Source of the DNA: Nemertoderma westbladi
Lineage: Eukaryota > Animalia > Xenacoelomorpha
Reading direction: 5' to 3'
Length of the DNA stretch: 34,758 nucleotides
Assembly (NCBI GenBank): GCA_032718475.1
Contig: JAUCBJ010003125.1
Location: forward strand, 1 to 34,758
Part shown: positions 11,670 through 23,427 of the stretch, piece after piece
Position numbering within the stretch: the stretch's first letter is position 1
Layout of the letters: each line of letters starts with the position of its first letter
Translations under genes and position numbers: made by a program
The notes under the pieces: model-generated
The model's input: the letters and a program-made list of their open reading frames with translations, nothing else
What the model was told of the DNA's origin: nothing
Databases searched by the model: none

Positions 11670-12832
11670 GCGACATCTATTACATCGCCTCGGTAGATTA
11701 TCCATTTTGTATTTGGTTCTGTAGATTGCCGTTCCCGACATTCCTGACGTAACTGGAACTGAAGTCGACTCTCAGCGGGCGTATAATCTGGAGAATTATA
11801 GACTCCCTGAAAGTGCTGTGAGCTACTTAGATTTCGCGCATTTTGTAGTAGCTGGATCCTTTCAGCAGATGGAACGGTGGCGACTATCGGCTGTGGCCTA
11901 TCGTCGCGAAGTGTTCCAACTCTCATAGCAAATACATCGGACTTGGATAGGGAAATCCCGAGTTCGTTTGCCACCGAAATAATGTTGTCCAAATCATCGT
12001 CCTAATTGTTTGGGAGACCAGATATTTTAATATTATTTTTACGTTTATCGCGTTGCCCCTCTTCTCCCTTTAGTTGCCGCGCCAACAGTGCAACATTGGA
12101 AGACGCAATGGTTTGGTTTGAAACGCTTTGAGCCAGCGGTTCACGATGAAGGCGATTCCGACGATTGCGCCGAGTGTTTGGTTGTTGCCATTCTTCATTA
12201 TCATCACCCTGTCCTCCAGTTGAATGATCCTCTCATTCTCGTTGAGCTTCAAACGTCTCCCGAAGTGTATCTATTTGCATTTCGATATTATCTGCTTTGG
12301 TTGCACTCTCCTCTACGTGATCATCGTGATCAGATCGTAATGATCTTAATACCTTGTGACACTGATCGTCGTGGAACTGAATCAAACTCTTAAGATCAGC
12401 ATTGAGAGAGTTTAATTTTTCTTCTAAGCGTGTTTCCATCTTATTTATGTCGTTAGAAACTTTTGTTTGAAAGTTACGAAAGTTTTTGGCGATGCATTTG
12501 CCACAGTAAAAGTCGACCTGACCAAAGTCTGTGTCATCTTTTACTATGCATACCATCGCTACATTACACCTGCTGCCGGAGCATTCAACCTCTATCTCGT
12601 TTTGACCATCGTCGCGGTTTTTGTCCGTTGGTTGTTGCGCCGCGGAATAAGTGTCATGGCGTGGACATTTATTCGGCCCAGCGCCTGTCAGCTGAGGGCC
12701 CGAATTCTTCCCTTGTTTTTTCGTCGTCGCCTTCCCGGTAAGGCTGCCGCCGCTCTGACGGGGACTATTTCCAACAGAACCAGCCGTAGAGCTACAACGC
12801 CAGATATTTGACATCGCCAATATTTCTAGCAA
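11670..12832 (-). pseudogene. CR1 ORF1 (Cys-rich PHD-like segment, coiled coil, RRM/CTD-like region), broken
   Basis: CSGSRC...C...FYCGKC, heptad-rich segment, then RVG...RPQPIV...LLQNARNL...VYNSPDYT...LRQE typical of L1/CR1-type ORF1. Frameshifts near 12240 and 12070, stop near 12002. Confidence 0.8.
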
Positions 12833-13501
12833 TCACTGCGTTGTCTTAATAATATTCGATGTTTGTCGTTTTCAATAATTATCCGTGATATAAATAAAAT
12901 ATAGCAGATTACATGTGGGCTGATTACTGAATTATGTGATTGAGATGTAAATCAATAAAATGCATATTAGGCCTACTTAAGTAAGTTATATAAGTTATTT
13001 ATTAAAACATTGGTGTGGCGGATTGTGGGAGTTATTTATTCACACTACAACAACTTGCTTCTTGATAAATACCATCATCCTTATTCCAGAACCAAGTTTG
13101 CCCTTAAAGGACTTACTATGATTCCTCACGTGGTCTCTTTAGTACTCTAGCTATGTCTAATATGTGTCAAGTGTCAAATACAATGAACACATTTCCAATT
13201 ATACACTATACAATACTGGAGGTGTCTCATTAGTCTCCGAGCTTGATACTTGAACGGAGCCACATCCGCTTTGCAGGGCATTGCTTTTACAGTGAGTTAC
13301 AGCCAGTACCAATCTTGTACATTGGTGGCCTCATGGAGAGAAAAAGCATGGCGGACAGCCCATAACTGTCATGAGACGCCTCTTAAAGTACACTAAGCCT
13401 TGAAGATGTGATATTTCTTACAAATGTCATGGTCATGGTTCGGGTACACATTTACACAAGCCGGCATAACATTCATAATAAACAGTATATATAATGCAGC
13501 T

Positions 13502-13558
13502 GCAATGCAGGAATGCAGCTCGCCGATAGTAGTACTGTAGTAGTAGTAGTTAGTAGTA
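13502..13558 (+). repeat. Short repeat with (TAG)n tail, second copy at 20803-20861
   Basis: CAATGCAGGAATGCAG..GCCGAT followed by (TAG)n at both sites, resembling a severely truncated retroposon 3' end. Confidence 0.55.
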
Positions 13559-13643
13559 TAAGTTGTCTAATATAACCCTTTTTCAGATCTCTTCTTCCTA
13601 TTAAGTTGTGTAAACAATAACGCTTTGTTTTGTATACTTGCAG

Positions 13644-13944
13644 CTTGTATGCGACTACTAACTCTTTGGGTTGCGCTATTGGTCCAATAATTGGTGGGTC
13701 TATGACTCATGCCTTTGGCTTTCCGGTTGCCATCGCCTTATTCAGCGTTATAAGTTTGCTAATCATTCCGCCAGTAATCGCACTCCATTGCTACTATTGG
13801 TGCAACGGACGGGACATGTACCAACGTGCGGATAGATTCACACGAGTTGAGGAAGAAAATGAACCTTTACTGGCCGGAACCGGTAGTGGTTCTAATGGTA
13901 TAGTAAGACGACTTCCTAACAACAGAGAAGACAGCCTTATATGA
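13644..13944 (+). CDS. SLC18B1: Terminal coding exon of an SLC18B1-like MFS transporter (upstream copy; earlier exons not in window)
   Basis: Acceptor TTTGTTTTGTATACTTGCAG. Encodes LYATTNSLGCAIGPIIGG...FGFP (last MFS helices) to TGA. Near-identical to 32933-33234. Confidence 0.78.
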
Positions 13945-14008
13945 ATATTGCGACAGTTGGGGGATGTTTCAAAGGAAATATTATTGCAATACTGCGTATC
14001 ATATTTTA

Positions 14009-14210
14009 ATAAATAAATTGGACAACTTAAGACTGCCCGTTCAATAGAAGTGGATTAGGTGGGAGTGTGAATGTCAGGGGAGAGTGGCTGAACTGGTTAT
14101 AGCCCTACTGATGAGGCCTAATAGGCTGAAACGTACGTATAGCGCTGGTTCAACCCACGGTGACGCGCTTTCTCATTTTTTTCAATTTCTGAACAAAACC
14201 ATAATATTAC
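14009..14210 (+). mobile_element. ~200-bp hammerhead-containing insertion (retrozyme or Penelope-like remnant)
   Basis: Flanked by the 11-bp direct repeat ATCATATTTTA (13998-14008 and 14211-14221), contains a hammerhead motif, and is absent from the paralogous 3' region after 33284. Confidence 0.65.
14101..14146 (+). ncRNA. Minimal type I hammerhead ribozyme
   Basis: Stem I AGCCCTA/TAGCGCT, core CTGATGA (14108-14114), stem II GGCCT-AAT-AGGCT, GAAA (14128-14131), 2-bp stem III with palindromic GTAC loop, cleavage triplet GTA (14137-14139). Confidence 0.85.
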
Positions 14211-16162
14211 ATCATATTTTAGGAAATACATAATAGGTTGGTTTGTGTTAAAAAATTCCAGTAAAACATGAACATTCAATTATGTTGATAATTATTATAT
14301 AATTAACCTTCACCAGTTGTTATATTGCACAGGTTTGGCCTTGGGGCTAAGTAATACTAACACAAGGCCAACTATCTCGCTCAAGAATATAATATTTTGT
14401 TCAATATTGTTATGATTGTATTTTCGGTTTTCTTCATTCCGTTATTCTTATCCGTGAATAATTACTTCAGCTCACTCACCCTCACCACGATTTATTGCTC
14501 GTTTATCTGATTTATCTGGTAGTGACGTAGTTGTTATATATCGCTCACGTCTAAAATTTATTACTAAAATATTCAAGTAAATAAAATATTCAAATCCAAA
14601 CTTTAAGCGAAATCAAAATACAGTAGCAGGTCGAGGTATCGATAGTTTTTGTGAAAATATTTTTGTGATTTCTTATTCTTTTGTTTAAATGTTAGGGATA
14701 GGGATTGTATTGATAAATGAGTTGCTGATGATGGGCCTGGTGATGGAAGCTGGTTGTGTGGTGCATTACTTTTAGGTAAACTACTGTATTAGTACCGGTA
14801 GGCCTACTGTACACTTTAAATTATTTTATGTCCATGTTTTCTACTTTTTTTCTACCTAGGCCTACTTAAATGATTTTGTGTACGTTTTTTTCGTATGTTT
14901 TAGAAGTGATAATAATAATTATTGACGGGAAGCACACTTAGCACTTAGCTACACATTTTAATGGTAACTATTGATTTAGATTATGTTGTTATCTCATGCT
15001 ACAGTAAGTACAAAGTTTTAGGTTGATTGGCTGGTTCGGTGTCCTGTAGAATATTTAGTACTGAAGTGAAGATCAACACACGTTGGTTTTGGTTGGCCGT
15101 GTGGCCGTTGGTAGAGACGTAAGTTGCATAACCATTATCGGATGAGTACAATTAGGTAGTGTAGAAGGATTACTGTCGGTTGTTTGTATGTTTGTATGTG
15201 TGAATAGTACACCAGCAGCCCCCAGATCACTCAATCTCAATACTTCATGTTCGCTATTAATTAACCCCTTTTCCATTGACCTACTGCTAAAAGATTTTAT
15301 AACGTGGATTTAACAATCTACATGATCTGATCTGTTAGTATGATATACTGTTGTAGGAGGGCATTTACAATAAACCAATCTCAAAGTATTTACATCTAAG
15401 TTACGTAACATAAGAAAACCATAGAAAACCGAACCACTCCACTTTATCAGTTTACCTTTGAACTAATCCAATGTTAGTTCACTAATTAAATTGTTGTTCT
15501 TTGGCTAAAATATATCAAACAATTGTATAAAATTACTCAACTACAGTATTACCCCAATATTCTTGAACATGATTTAATTAATATGATATCAAATGTTTAT
15601 TAAATAATACAAATCGTATTATTGCCTAAACTATTGGTAAGGAATAATACAAGATAAGTGGGGCGAGTCAAAACTGCGAGCCATATCGAGGGAATAAGAC
15701 CCCCTGTCAAATTTTATTGTTTCCTTAATAATTAATTACACTGTGGCCTTTTTCCATAAACCTGAATGTTTACTTACTATTAAATTAACTTTTTACTGTA
15801 TCATATAGGCTGTGTATGCCTAGATTAAATAATAATAATAATATATAATATATTAGATTTGTTTTAATTTTCTGAAGTTTGGCTCTCAATACACAAATCG
15901 CTATTATAACAAATTATTATTTATAATTATATCGCTGTTGTCCTTACAGTAGGTGTAGCAGTCTAGAGGCTCTCTATTAATTTATTGTAATCTATGTAGG
16001 ACCTTTAAATACGTTCATGCCAAGATACTATATTATGTACCCTACACTTCCTTGCGGATATTTATTCATAATGATAATAATAATAGTCTTATTATTATTT
16101 TATGTATAATCTTCGATACAGTTGTTGCTGAAATATCTTATTATTCAATGGAATATAGTTAA

Positions 16163-19100
16163 AGTTGTAGACACTGCTACATAAATAAGTAGTTGTAGAT
16201 TAGAGTACACTGCTACATAAATAAGTAGTTGTAGAGTAGAGTACACTGCTACATAAATAAGTAGTTGTAGAGTAGAGTACACTGCTACATAAATAAGTAG
16301 TTGTAGATTAGAGTACACTGCTACATAAATAAGTAGTTGTAGAGTAGAGTACACTGCTACATAAATAAGTAGTTGTAGAGTAGAGTACACTGCTACATAA
16401 ATAAGTAGTTGTAGATTAGAGTACACTGCTACATAAATAAGTAGTTGTAGATTAGAGTACACTGCTACATAAATAAGTAGTTGTAGAGTAGAGTACACTG
16501 CTACATAAATAAGTAGTTGTAGATTAGAGTACACTGCTACATAAATAAGTAGTTGTAGAGTAGAGTACACTGCTACATAAATAAGTAGTTGTAGAATAGA
16601 GTACACTGCTACATAAATAAGTAGTTGTAGAGTAGAGTACACTGCTACATAAATAAGTACTGTAGTTGTAGAGTAGAGTACACTGCTACATAAATATAAG
16701 TAGTTGTAGAGTAGAGTGCACTGCTACATAAATAAGTAGTTGTAGAGTAGAGTACACTGCTACATAAATAAGTAGTTGTAGATTAGAGTACACTGCTACA
16801 TAAATAAGTAGTTGTAGAGTAGAGTACACTGCTACATAAATAAGTACTGTAGTTGTAGAGTAGAGTACACTGCTACATAAATAAGTAGTTGTAGATTAGA
16901 GTACACTGCTACATAAATAAGTAGTTGTAGAGTAGAGTACACTGCTACATAAATAAGTACTTGTAGAGTAGAGTACACTGCTACATAAATAAGTAGTTGT
17001 AGAGTAGAGTACACTGCTACATAAATAATTAGTTGTAGAGTAGAGTGCACTGCTACATAAATAAGTAGTTGTAGAGTAGAGTGCACTGCTACATAAATAA
17101 GTAGTTGTAGATTAGAGTACACTGCTACATAAATAAGTAGTTGTAGATTAGAGTACACTGCTACATAAATAAGTAGTTGTAGAGTAGAGTGCACTGCTAC
17201 ATAAATAAGTAATTGTAGAGTAGAGTACACTGCTACATAAATAAGTAGTTGTAGAGTAGAGTGCACTGCTACATAAATAAGTAGTTGTAGAGTAGAGTGC
17301 ACTGCTACATAAATAAGTAGTTGTAGAGTAGAGTGCACTGCTACATAAATAAGTAGTTGTAGAGTAGAGTGCACTGCTACATAAATAAGTAGTTGTAGAG
17401 TAGAGTGCACTGCTACATAAATAAGTAGTTGTAGAGTAGAGTACACTGCTACATAAATAAGTAGTTGTAGAGTAGAGTGCACTGCTACATAAATAAGTAG
17501 TTGTAGAGTAGAGTACACTGCTACATAAATAAGTAGTTGTAGAGTAGAGTACACTGCTACATAAATAAGTAGTTGTAGAGTAGAGTACACTGCTACATAA
17601 ATAAGTACTGTAGTTGTAGAGTAGAGTACACTGCTACATAAATATAAGTAGTTGTAGAGTAGAGTGCACTGCTACATAAATAAGTAGTTGTAGAGTAGAG
17701 TACACTGCTACATAAATAAGTAGTTGTAGAGTAGAGTACACTGCTACATAAATAAGTAGTTGTAGAGTAGAGTACACTGCTACATAAATAAGAAGTTATA
17801 GAGTAGAGTACACTGCTACATAAATAAGTAGTTGTAGAGTAGAGTACACTGCTACATAAATAAGTAGTTGTAGAGTAGAGTACACTGCTACATAAATAAG
17901 TAATGTAGTTGTAGAGTAGAGTACACTGCTACATAAATAAGTACTGTAGTTGTAGAGTAGAGTACACTGCTACATAAATAAGTAGTTGTAGAGTAGAGTA
18001 CACTGCTACATAAATAAGTAGTTGTATAGTAGAGTACACTGCTATATAAATAAGTAGTTGTAGAGTAGAGTACACTGCTACATAAATAAGTACTGTAGTT
18101 GTAGAGTAGAGTACACTGCTACATAAATAAGTAGTTGTAGAGTAGAGTACACTGCTACATAAATAAGTAGTTGTAGAGTAGAGTACACTGCTACATAAAT
18201 AAGTAGTTGTAGAGTAGAGTACACTGCTACATAAATAAGTACTGTAGTTGTAGAGTAGAGTACACTGCTACATAAATAAGTAGTTGTAGAGTAGACTACA
18301 CTGCTACATAAATAAGAAGTTGTAGAGTAGAGTACACTGCTACATAAATAAGAAGTTGTAGAGTAGAGTACACTGCTACATAAATAAGTAGTTGTAGAGT
18401 AGAGTACACTGCTACATAAATAAGAAGTTATAGAGTAGAGTACACTGCTACATAAATAAGTAGTTGTAGAGTAGAGTACACTGCTACATAAATAAGTAGT
18501 TGTAGAGTAGAGTACACTGCTACATAAATAAGTAGTTGTAGAGTAGAGTGCACTGCTACATAAATAAGTAGTTGTAGAGTAGAGTACACTGCTACATAAA
18601 TAAGTAGTTGTAGAGTAGAGTACACTGCTACATAAATAAGAAGTTATAGAGTAGAGTACACTGCTACATAAATAAGAAGTTATAGAGTAGAGTACACTGC
18701 TACATAAATAAGTAGTTGTAGAGTAGAGTACACTGCTACATAAATAAGTAGTTGTAGAGTAGAGTACACTGCTACATAAATAAGAAGTTATAGAGTAGAG
18801 TACACTGCTACATAAATAAGAAGTTATAGAGTAGAGTACACTGCTACATAAATAAGTAGTTGTAGAGTAGAGTACACTGCTACATAAATAAGAAGTTATA
18901 GAGTAGAGTACACTGCTACATAAATAAGTAGTTGTAGAGTAGAGTACACTGCTACATAAATAAGTAATTGTAGAGTAGAGTACACTGCTACATAAATAAG
19001 TAGTTGTAGAGTAGAGTACACTGCTATATAAATAAGTAGTTGTAGAGTAGAGTACACTGCTACATAAATAAGTAGTTGTAGATTAGAGTACACTGCTACA

Positions 19101-20009
19101 TAAATAAGTAGTTGTAGAGTAGAGTACACTGCTACATAAATAAGAAGTTGTAGAGTAGAGTACACTGCTACATAAATAAGTAGTTGTAGAGTAGAGTACA
19201 CTGCTACATAAATAAGTAGTTGTAGAGTAGAGTACACTGCTATATAAATAAAAAGTTATAGAGTAGAGTACACTGCTACATAAATAAGTAGTTGTAGAGT
19301 AGAGTACACTGCTATATAAATAAGTAGTTGTAGAGTAGAGTACACTGCTACATAAATAAGAAGTTATAGAGTAGAGTACACTGCTACATAAATAAGTAAT
19401 TGTAGAGTAGAGTACACTGCTACATAAATAAGAAGTTTTGTAGAGTACACTGCTACATAAATAAGTAGTTGTAGAGTAGAGTACACTGCTACATAAATAA
19501 GTAATTGTAGAGTAGAGTACACTGCTACATAAATAAGTAGTTGTAGAGTAGAGTACACTGCTACATAAATAAGAAGTTATAGAGTAGAGTACACTGCTAC
19601 ATAAATAAGAAGTTGTAGAGTAGAGTACACTGCTACATAAATAAGTAGTTGTAGAGTAGAGTACACTGCTACATAAATAAGTAGTTGTAGAGTAGAGTAC
19701 ACTGCTACATAAATAAGTAGTTGTAGAGTAGAGTACACTGCTACATAAATAAGAAGTTATAGAGTAGAGTACACTGCTACATAAATAAGTAGTTGTATAG
19801 TAGAGTACACTGCTACATAAATAAGAAGTTTTGTAGAGTACACTGCTATATAAATAAGTAGTTGTAGAGTAGAGTACACTGCTACATAAATAAGAAGTTG
19901 TATAGTAGAGTACACTGCTATATAAATAAGTAGTTGTAGAGTAGAGTACACTGCTATATAAATAAGTAGTTGTAGAGTAGAGTACACTGCTACATAAATA
20001 AGTAGTTGT
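16163..20009. repeat. 36-bp minisatellite array, roughly 105 units
   Basis: Consensus TAGAGTACACTGCTACATAAATAAGTAGTTGTAGAG repeated head to tail with no spacers. 33-, 38- and 41-bp variant units occur. Confidence 0.99.
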
Positions 20010-20222
20010 TACAAGAAAGGGTGTAACCACCACTACTTCAGAGTACAAAGCTCCATATAGATCAGATTTGGTCCATTTTATGATATAAAATACAATAAAA
20101 TTATGCAATCTATAATTTTTTCTGTTTTACATACAAATTTACAGTTTTAGAAAAACTATAAATTTTAAATCTTTGATGGATAACTGAAACTTTGGAGACT
20201 CCCAAAGTACAAATGAAAGAAG

Positions 20223-20529
20223 ATGACATTACTGGATAACGGTTCTGGTACTAGTGGGAACACGTCTCCGTCGTTACCCCGCCGTTACCATGACATCCTT
20301 GAGACTGACGAGCGACCCCCACTGCTTCCAACCCGCAGTCGCGGACCATTCCCCCGCACCGGGTACTTACGGTTACTACGTAACCGCTACGTCTGCGGAG
20401 TCTCCCTGGTGTTCCATGCGTTTACAGTCGGTGGTCTACTCGCTCTGCCAGGGGCATTCTTTCCAATTATGTCGATAAATAAAGGATTTACAGAGTCGCT
20501 AATAGGGTTGTTATTTGGTATATATGCTG
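20223..20529 (+). CDS. SLC18B1: SLC18B1-like MFS transporter, first coding exon
   Basis: ATG 20223, ...GAFFP...KGFTESLIGLLFGIYA, donor G|GTAAGT at 20530 (phase 1). Confidence 0.85.
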
Positions 20530-21239
20530 GTAAGTTATTTTTTCATATGCTGGTCAGTTATTTGTTTATATATGACGCGGAATTTGGAAATATATCCTGC
20601 CTCGTAAGTGATTTGGTATATATGCTGCTAAGTTATTTTATATGCTGGTAAATGTTCTGTACGATGACGCTATTATTTATTTGGTATTTAAAATAATAAA
20701 TTTTTACGTACAAAACATAGACCTACACTTTGCGTATTTTTATATAAGTAGAGTAATTCTATCTGGTCGAATAGTGACTCACAGCATCTCAATGTGAAGT
20801 GTCAATGCAGGAATGCAGAAGGCCGATTATACAGTAGTAGTAGTAGTTTAGTAGTAGTAGTCTGGGATAGAGAATGTGAGTTAACACAACCTTACTTCTC
20901 TGCAGTATGGGCCTAACCATTCAGTAGCATTACTAGGCCCTCACTATCATTTTTTCATCAGCACCAGCTGGTGTTTCTATCATTGAGTCTATGGCAATTT
21001 TCGTGTGATGGGCCTACTTTTCGAAATAAATAAAAATTTAATAATTTTTTGTATTCGATTAATATAACTTTCTTTGACTGACGAGCTAATATATGGAGGA
21101 GTTCACCTGATATACATACATAAGACAGTAATAAGCCCTAACTGTCTTCTAACTAATATTATTATCACAAAGTCGGACTCATAATTAATTGCACTTTCAA
21201 ATGTTTTATATTTGTTGATTTAATTACTTTATTTTTAAG

Positions 21240-22143
21240 GTGTTCGATGTATAATGTATCCAATTGTGGGAAAATACCTCGCAGTAGTCGGAGACAAAAG
21301 TTGTTTGACACTTGGCGCTAGTTTTGGTTCTGTGTGCACCATGCTGTTTGGTATACTGGTCTACTCACCTGATGGAGTGCAATTCGTCACATTGTGTTTC
21401 GTCGTAAAGATGTTCGAGGCTCTAGGAATGAGTGTTGCATTCCTAGCAACGTTCGCTGCAACTGCTTCCCTGTTCCCAACACATCGTCTGTTAATGCTAG
21501 GCTTTGTACAGAATGCAATCACAGTTGGGGTGATGGTCTTCCCAGCCATAGGTGGCTTTCTATATGACTGGGGTGGGTTCATGGTACCATTTGTTGTCGT
21601 TGGAGGCGCGATGCTACTGAACTCGTTTTTGTTGATGGTTGCTATGCCTTCTGTGGAAGCCACTGTTACCAAAAGCGCGTTTTCTCTGTTTGATTTGCTA
21701 CGAGATGGAATGAGTTTGATAGCTTCTGTCACTCAAATATATTTCCTGATGGCGATTGGGTTTTATGATGTTACTTTCAGTTTGCATTTAAAGGATAAGT
21801 TCGGATATACACCATCCACAATCGGGCTGATATTTTTGATTTCTCCATTTATTAACTTTATAGTCGGGATGTCTATGGCAGGTTTGTTACAAAGGTTTCC
21901 GAAAGTCAATCCCCTAACGATAGTGGCTAGTGGCGCACTCATTTTGACTGTAGGCCTACAGCTTATAGGACCAAACCCAATGCTAAACCTACCAACTGAT
22001 ATAGCTGTTGTCCTGTCTGGAGTTGGGCTGTTTGGCACTGCTGGTGGATTGACCTTCGTTCCAAGTATACAGGTTCAGATTAAAGTTGGTCTCCAACGAC
22101 TCGGGTGGCCTGATTGTGTTGAGGCTCATGCAGTGATATCCAG
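21240..22143 (+). CDS. SLC18B1: SLC18B1-like MFS transporter, second coding exon
   Basis: Acceptor TTTATTTTTAAG (phase 1 joins as IYAGVRCIMYPIVGKYL), multiple TM helices, PAIGGFLYDWGGFMVPFVVVG motif, donor AG|GTAAGT at 22144 (phase 2). Confidence 0.9.
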
Positions 22144-23192
22144 GTAAGTCAGTTGTAAAACAACGATTTGGTTGTAATAATGTGATCTGATCTCCAGTAA
22201 TACTTCATAGAATAATAATTTAGTTTGTTTAATAATTAATTATGTAAATATATGGAATATGGGATACACAATGCACATAATGATCCATCAGTCTGTACTT
22301 ATACACCACTATTTAGTTCTATATCGTAACCTAACACAACATGTAGATAAAGCCACATACTACATTTCTCAGTCACTATCTATACAACTTTTCCTTCCCC
22401 TGTTGAAACAAAACAAAATACATCTGATCTGTAGTAAGTCAAAAATATACCTCAGTAATAATATTTTCCCTTGATTTCCATTAATGGTATAATTTTACAT
22501 CTCATTTAAACAATAATTATGCCAATAAGAAATAAACTGCGTCTTTTACATGACTCAACTTCTGAAAAGTTTGTGATTTTCACTTTTGGTTTCATTAATT
22601 ATGACTGCATAATATGGTAAATATCTATTAAATATATACTAAATACGGTGGATATTATTTTGATGATCTCTGTTTCGAAATCACAATCTTTGCAGATGGA
22701 ACAAGGACTTGTTGACGAAATTTAAATAAATTTTTTTGCCTTATTTTTTTACCATTTGGCAACTTTTGTGCACCGGTAGAACAATGAAATCGAAAAAAAG
22801 TAAAAAACGCATCGCCCTATTGTGTTGGGTTGAGCTATTGGTAGCGTTTCATGTGATAAGTAATTGCTAATGTTGATATTCCCTTTTCGTTAAACCCCAG
22901 CATAATCAAATTACTGTAGGTACGGAAGCCAGCATTCAATGCTTAGGGTTACAGTTACTTGTTTTGATGGGTTATTCAATAGTGTCTCCTAAGGTGAATC
23001 ATCTGTTATTATAACAATTGTGGTATGATTTCCAATGAGATATTTGCGAAAATGCCGGGCCGGGATCCTCATCGGGCCGGGCCAAGAACTCAACTTCAAT
23101 TTGGCTGTATTGAGATTCTACTAGTGATGTCGCTCGCTATCATATCTAAGTTGGGAATCCACTGAATTTTGCTTGTTTCATATTGCACTAGA

Positions 23193-23427
23193 GCGGGGTA
23201 GCTCAGTTGGTTGAGCGCCGGGCCTGCAATCTATTGGTTGTAGGTTCAGCGCCGCCAGGGTCCACTCAGCCTTTCATCCACTGGGGTCGATAAAATGAGT
23301 ACCAGTTAAATAACTGGGAGCAAATCTTGGGATAGGAGTAGCGACCACCCCTACCCTCGGGTAGCAGCTATCGAAAGAGGAGCCTTCGGGTCGCCTCCGG
23401 CTTCGGCCGACTGTTTGCTTTTTTTTG
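23193..23427 (+). mobile_element. tRNA-derived SINE with a Deu/Nin-like central domain
   Basis: A box TAGCTCAGTTGG (23199-23210), degenerate B box, central ACTCAGCCTTTCATCC...GGTCGATAAAATGAGTACC, T-rich tail, perfect 14-bp TSD CATATTGCACTAGA (23179-23192 and 23428-23441). Confidence 0.9.

Larger units (their letters stand above)
7637..12919 (-). mobile_element. Near full-length, inactivated CR1-type LINE
   Basis: ORF1, APE and RT motifs in order on the minus strand. (TAA)n 3' tail at 7637-7657. Several frameshifts, one stop and an RT deletion. The 5' boundary is tentative (weak CTGAT duplication at 7632-7636 and 12920-12924). Confidence 0.9.

Noticed and set aside
13104-13386. Kolobok-like TTAA-flanked element
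   Set aside because: The ends are not convincingly inverted repeats.
14014-14061. Penelope GIY-YIG C-terminal remnant (xIGQLKTA)
   Set aside because: Too short and degenerate to call, though compatible with the neighbouring hammerhead.
14725-14760. Second hammerhead (CTGATGA)
   Set aside because: No stem II followed by GAAA and no stem I pairing.
16163-20009. CRISPR array (36-bp repeat)
   Set aside because: Units are head to tail with no unique spacers, there are no cas genes, and the context is eukaryotic.
16145-20108. Minus-strand ORFs (YSTLQLLIYVAV)n and (TTYLCSSVLYS)n
   Set aside because: By-products of a 36-bp unit lacking stops in two frames. Frame-breaking variants are tolerated throughout the array.
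23193-23260. tRNA gene
   Set aside because: Degenerate T arm and acceptor stem. It continues into a SINE body and is bounded by a 14-bp TSD.
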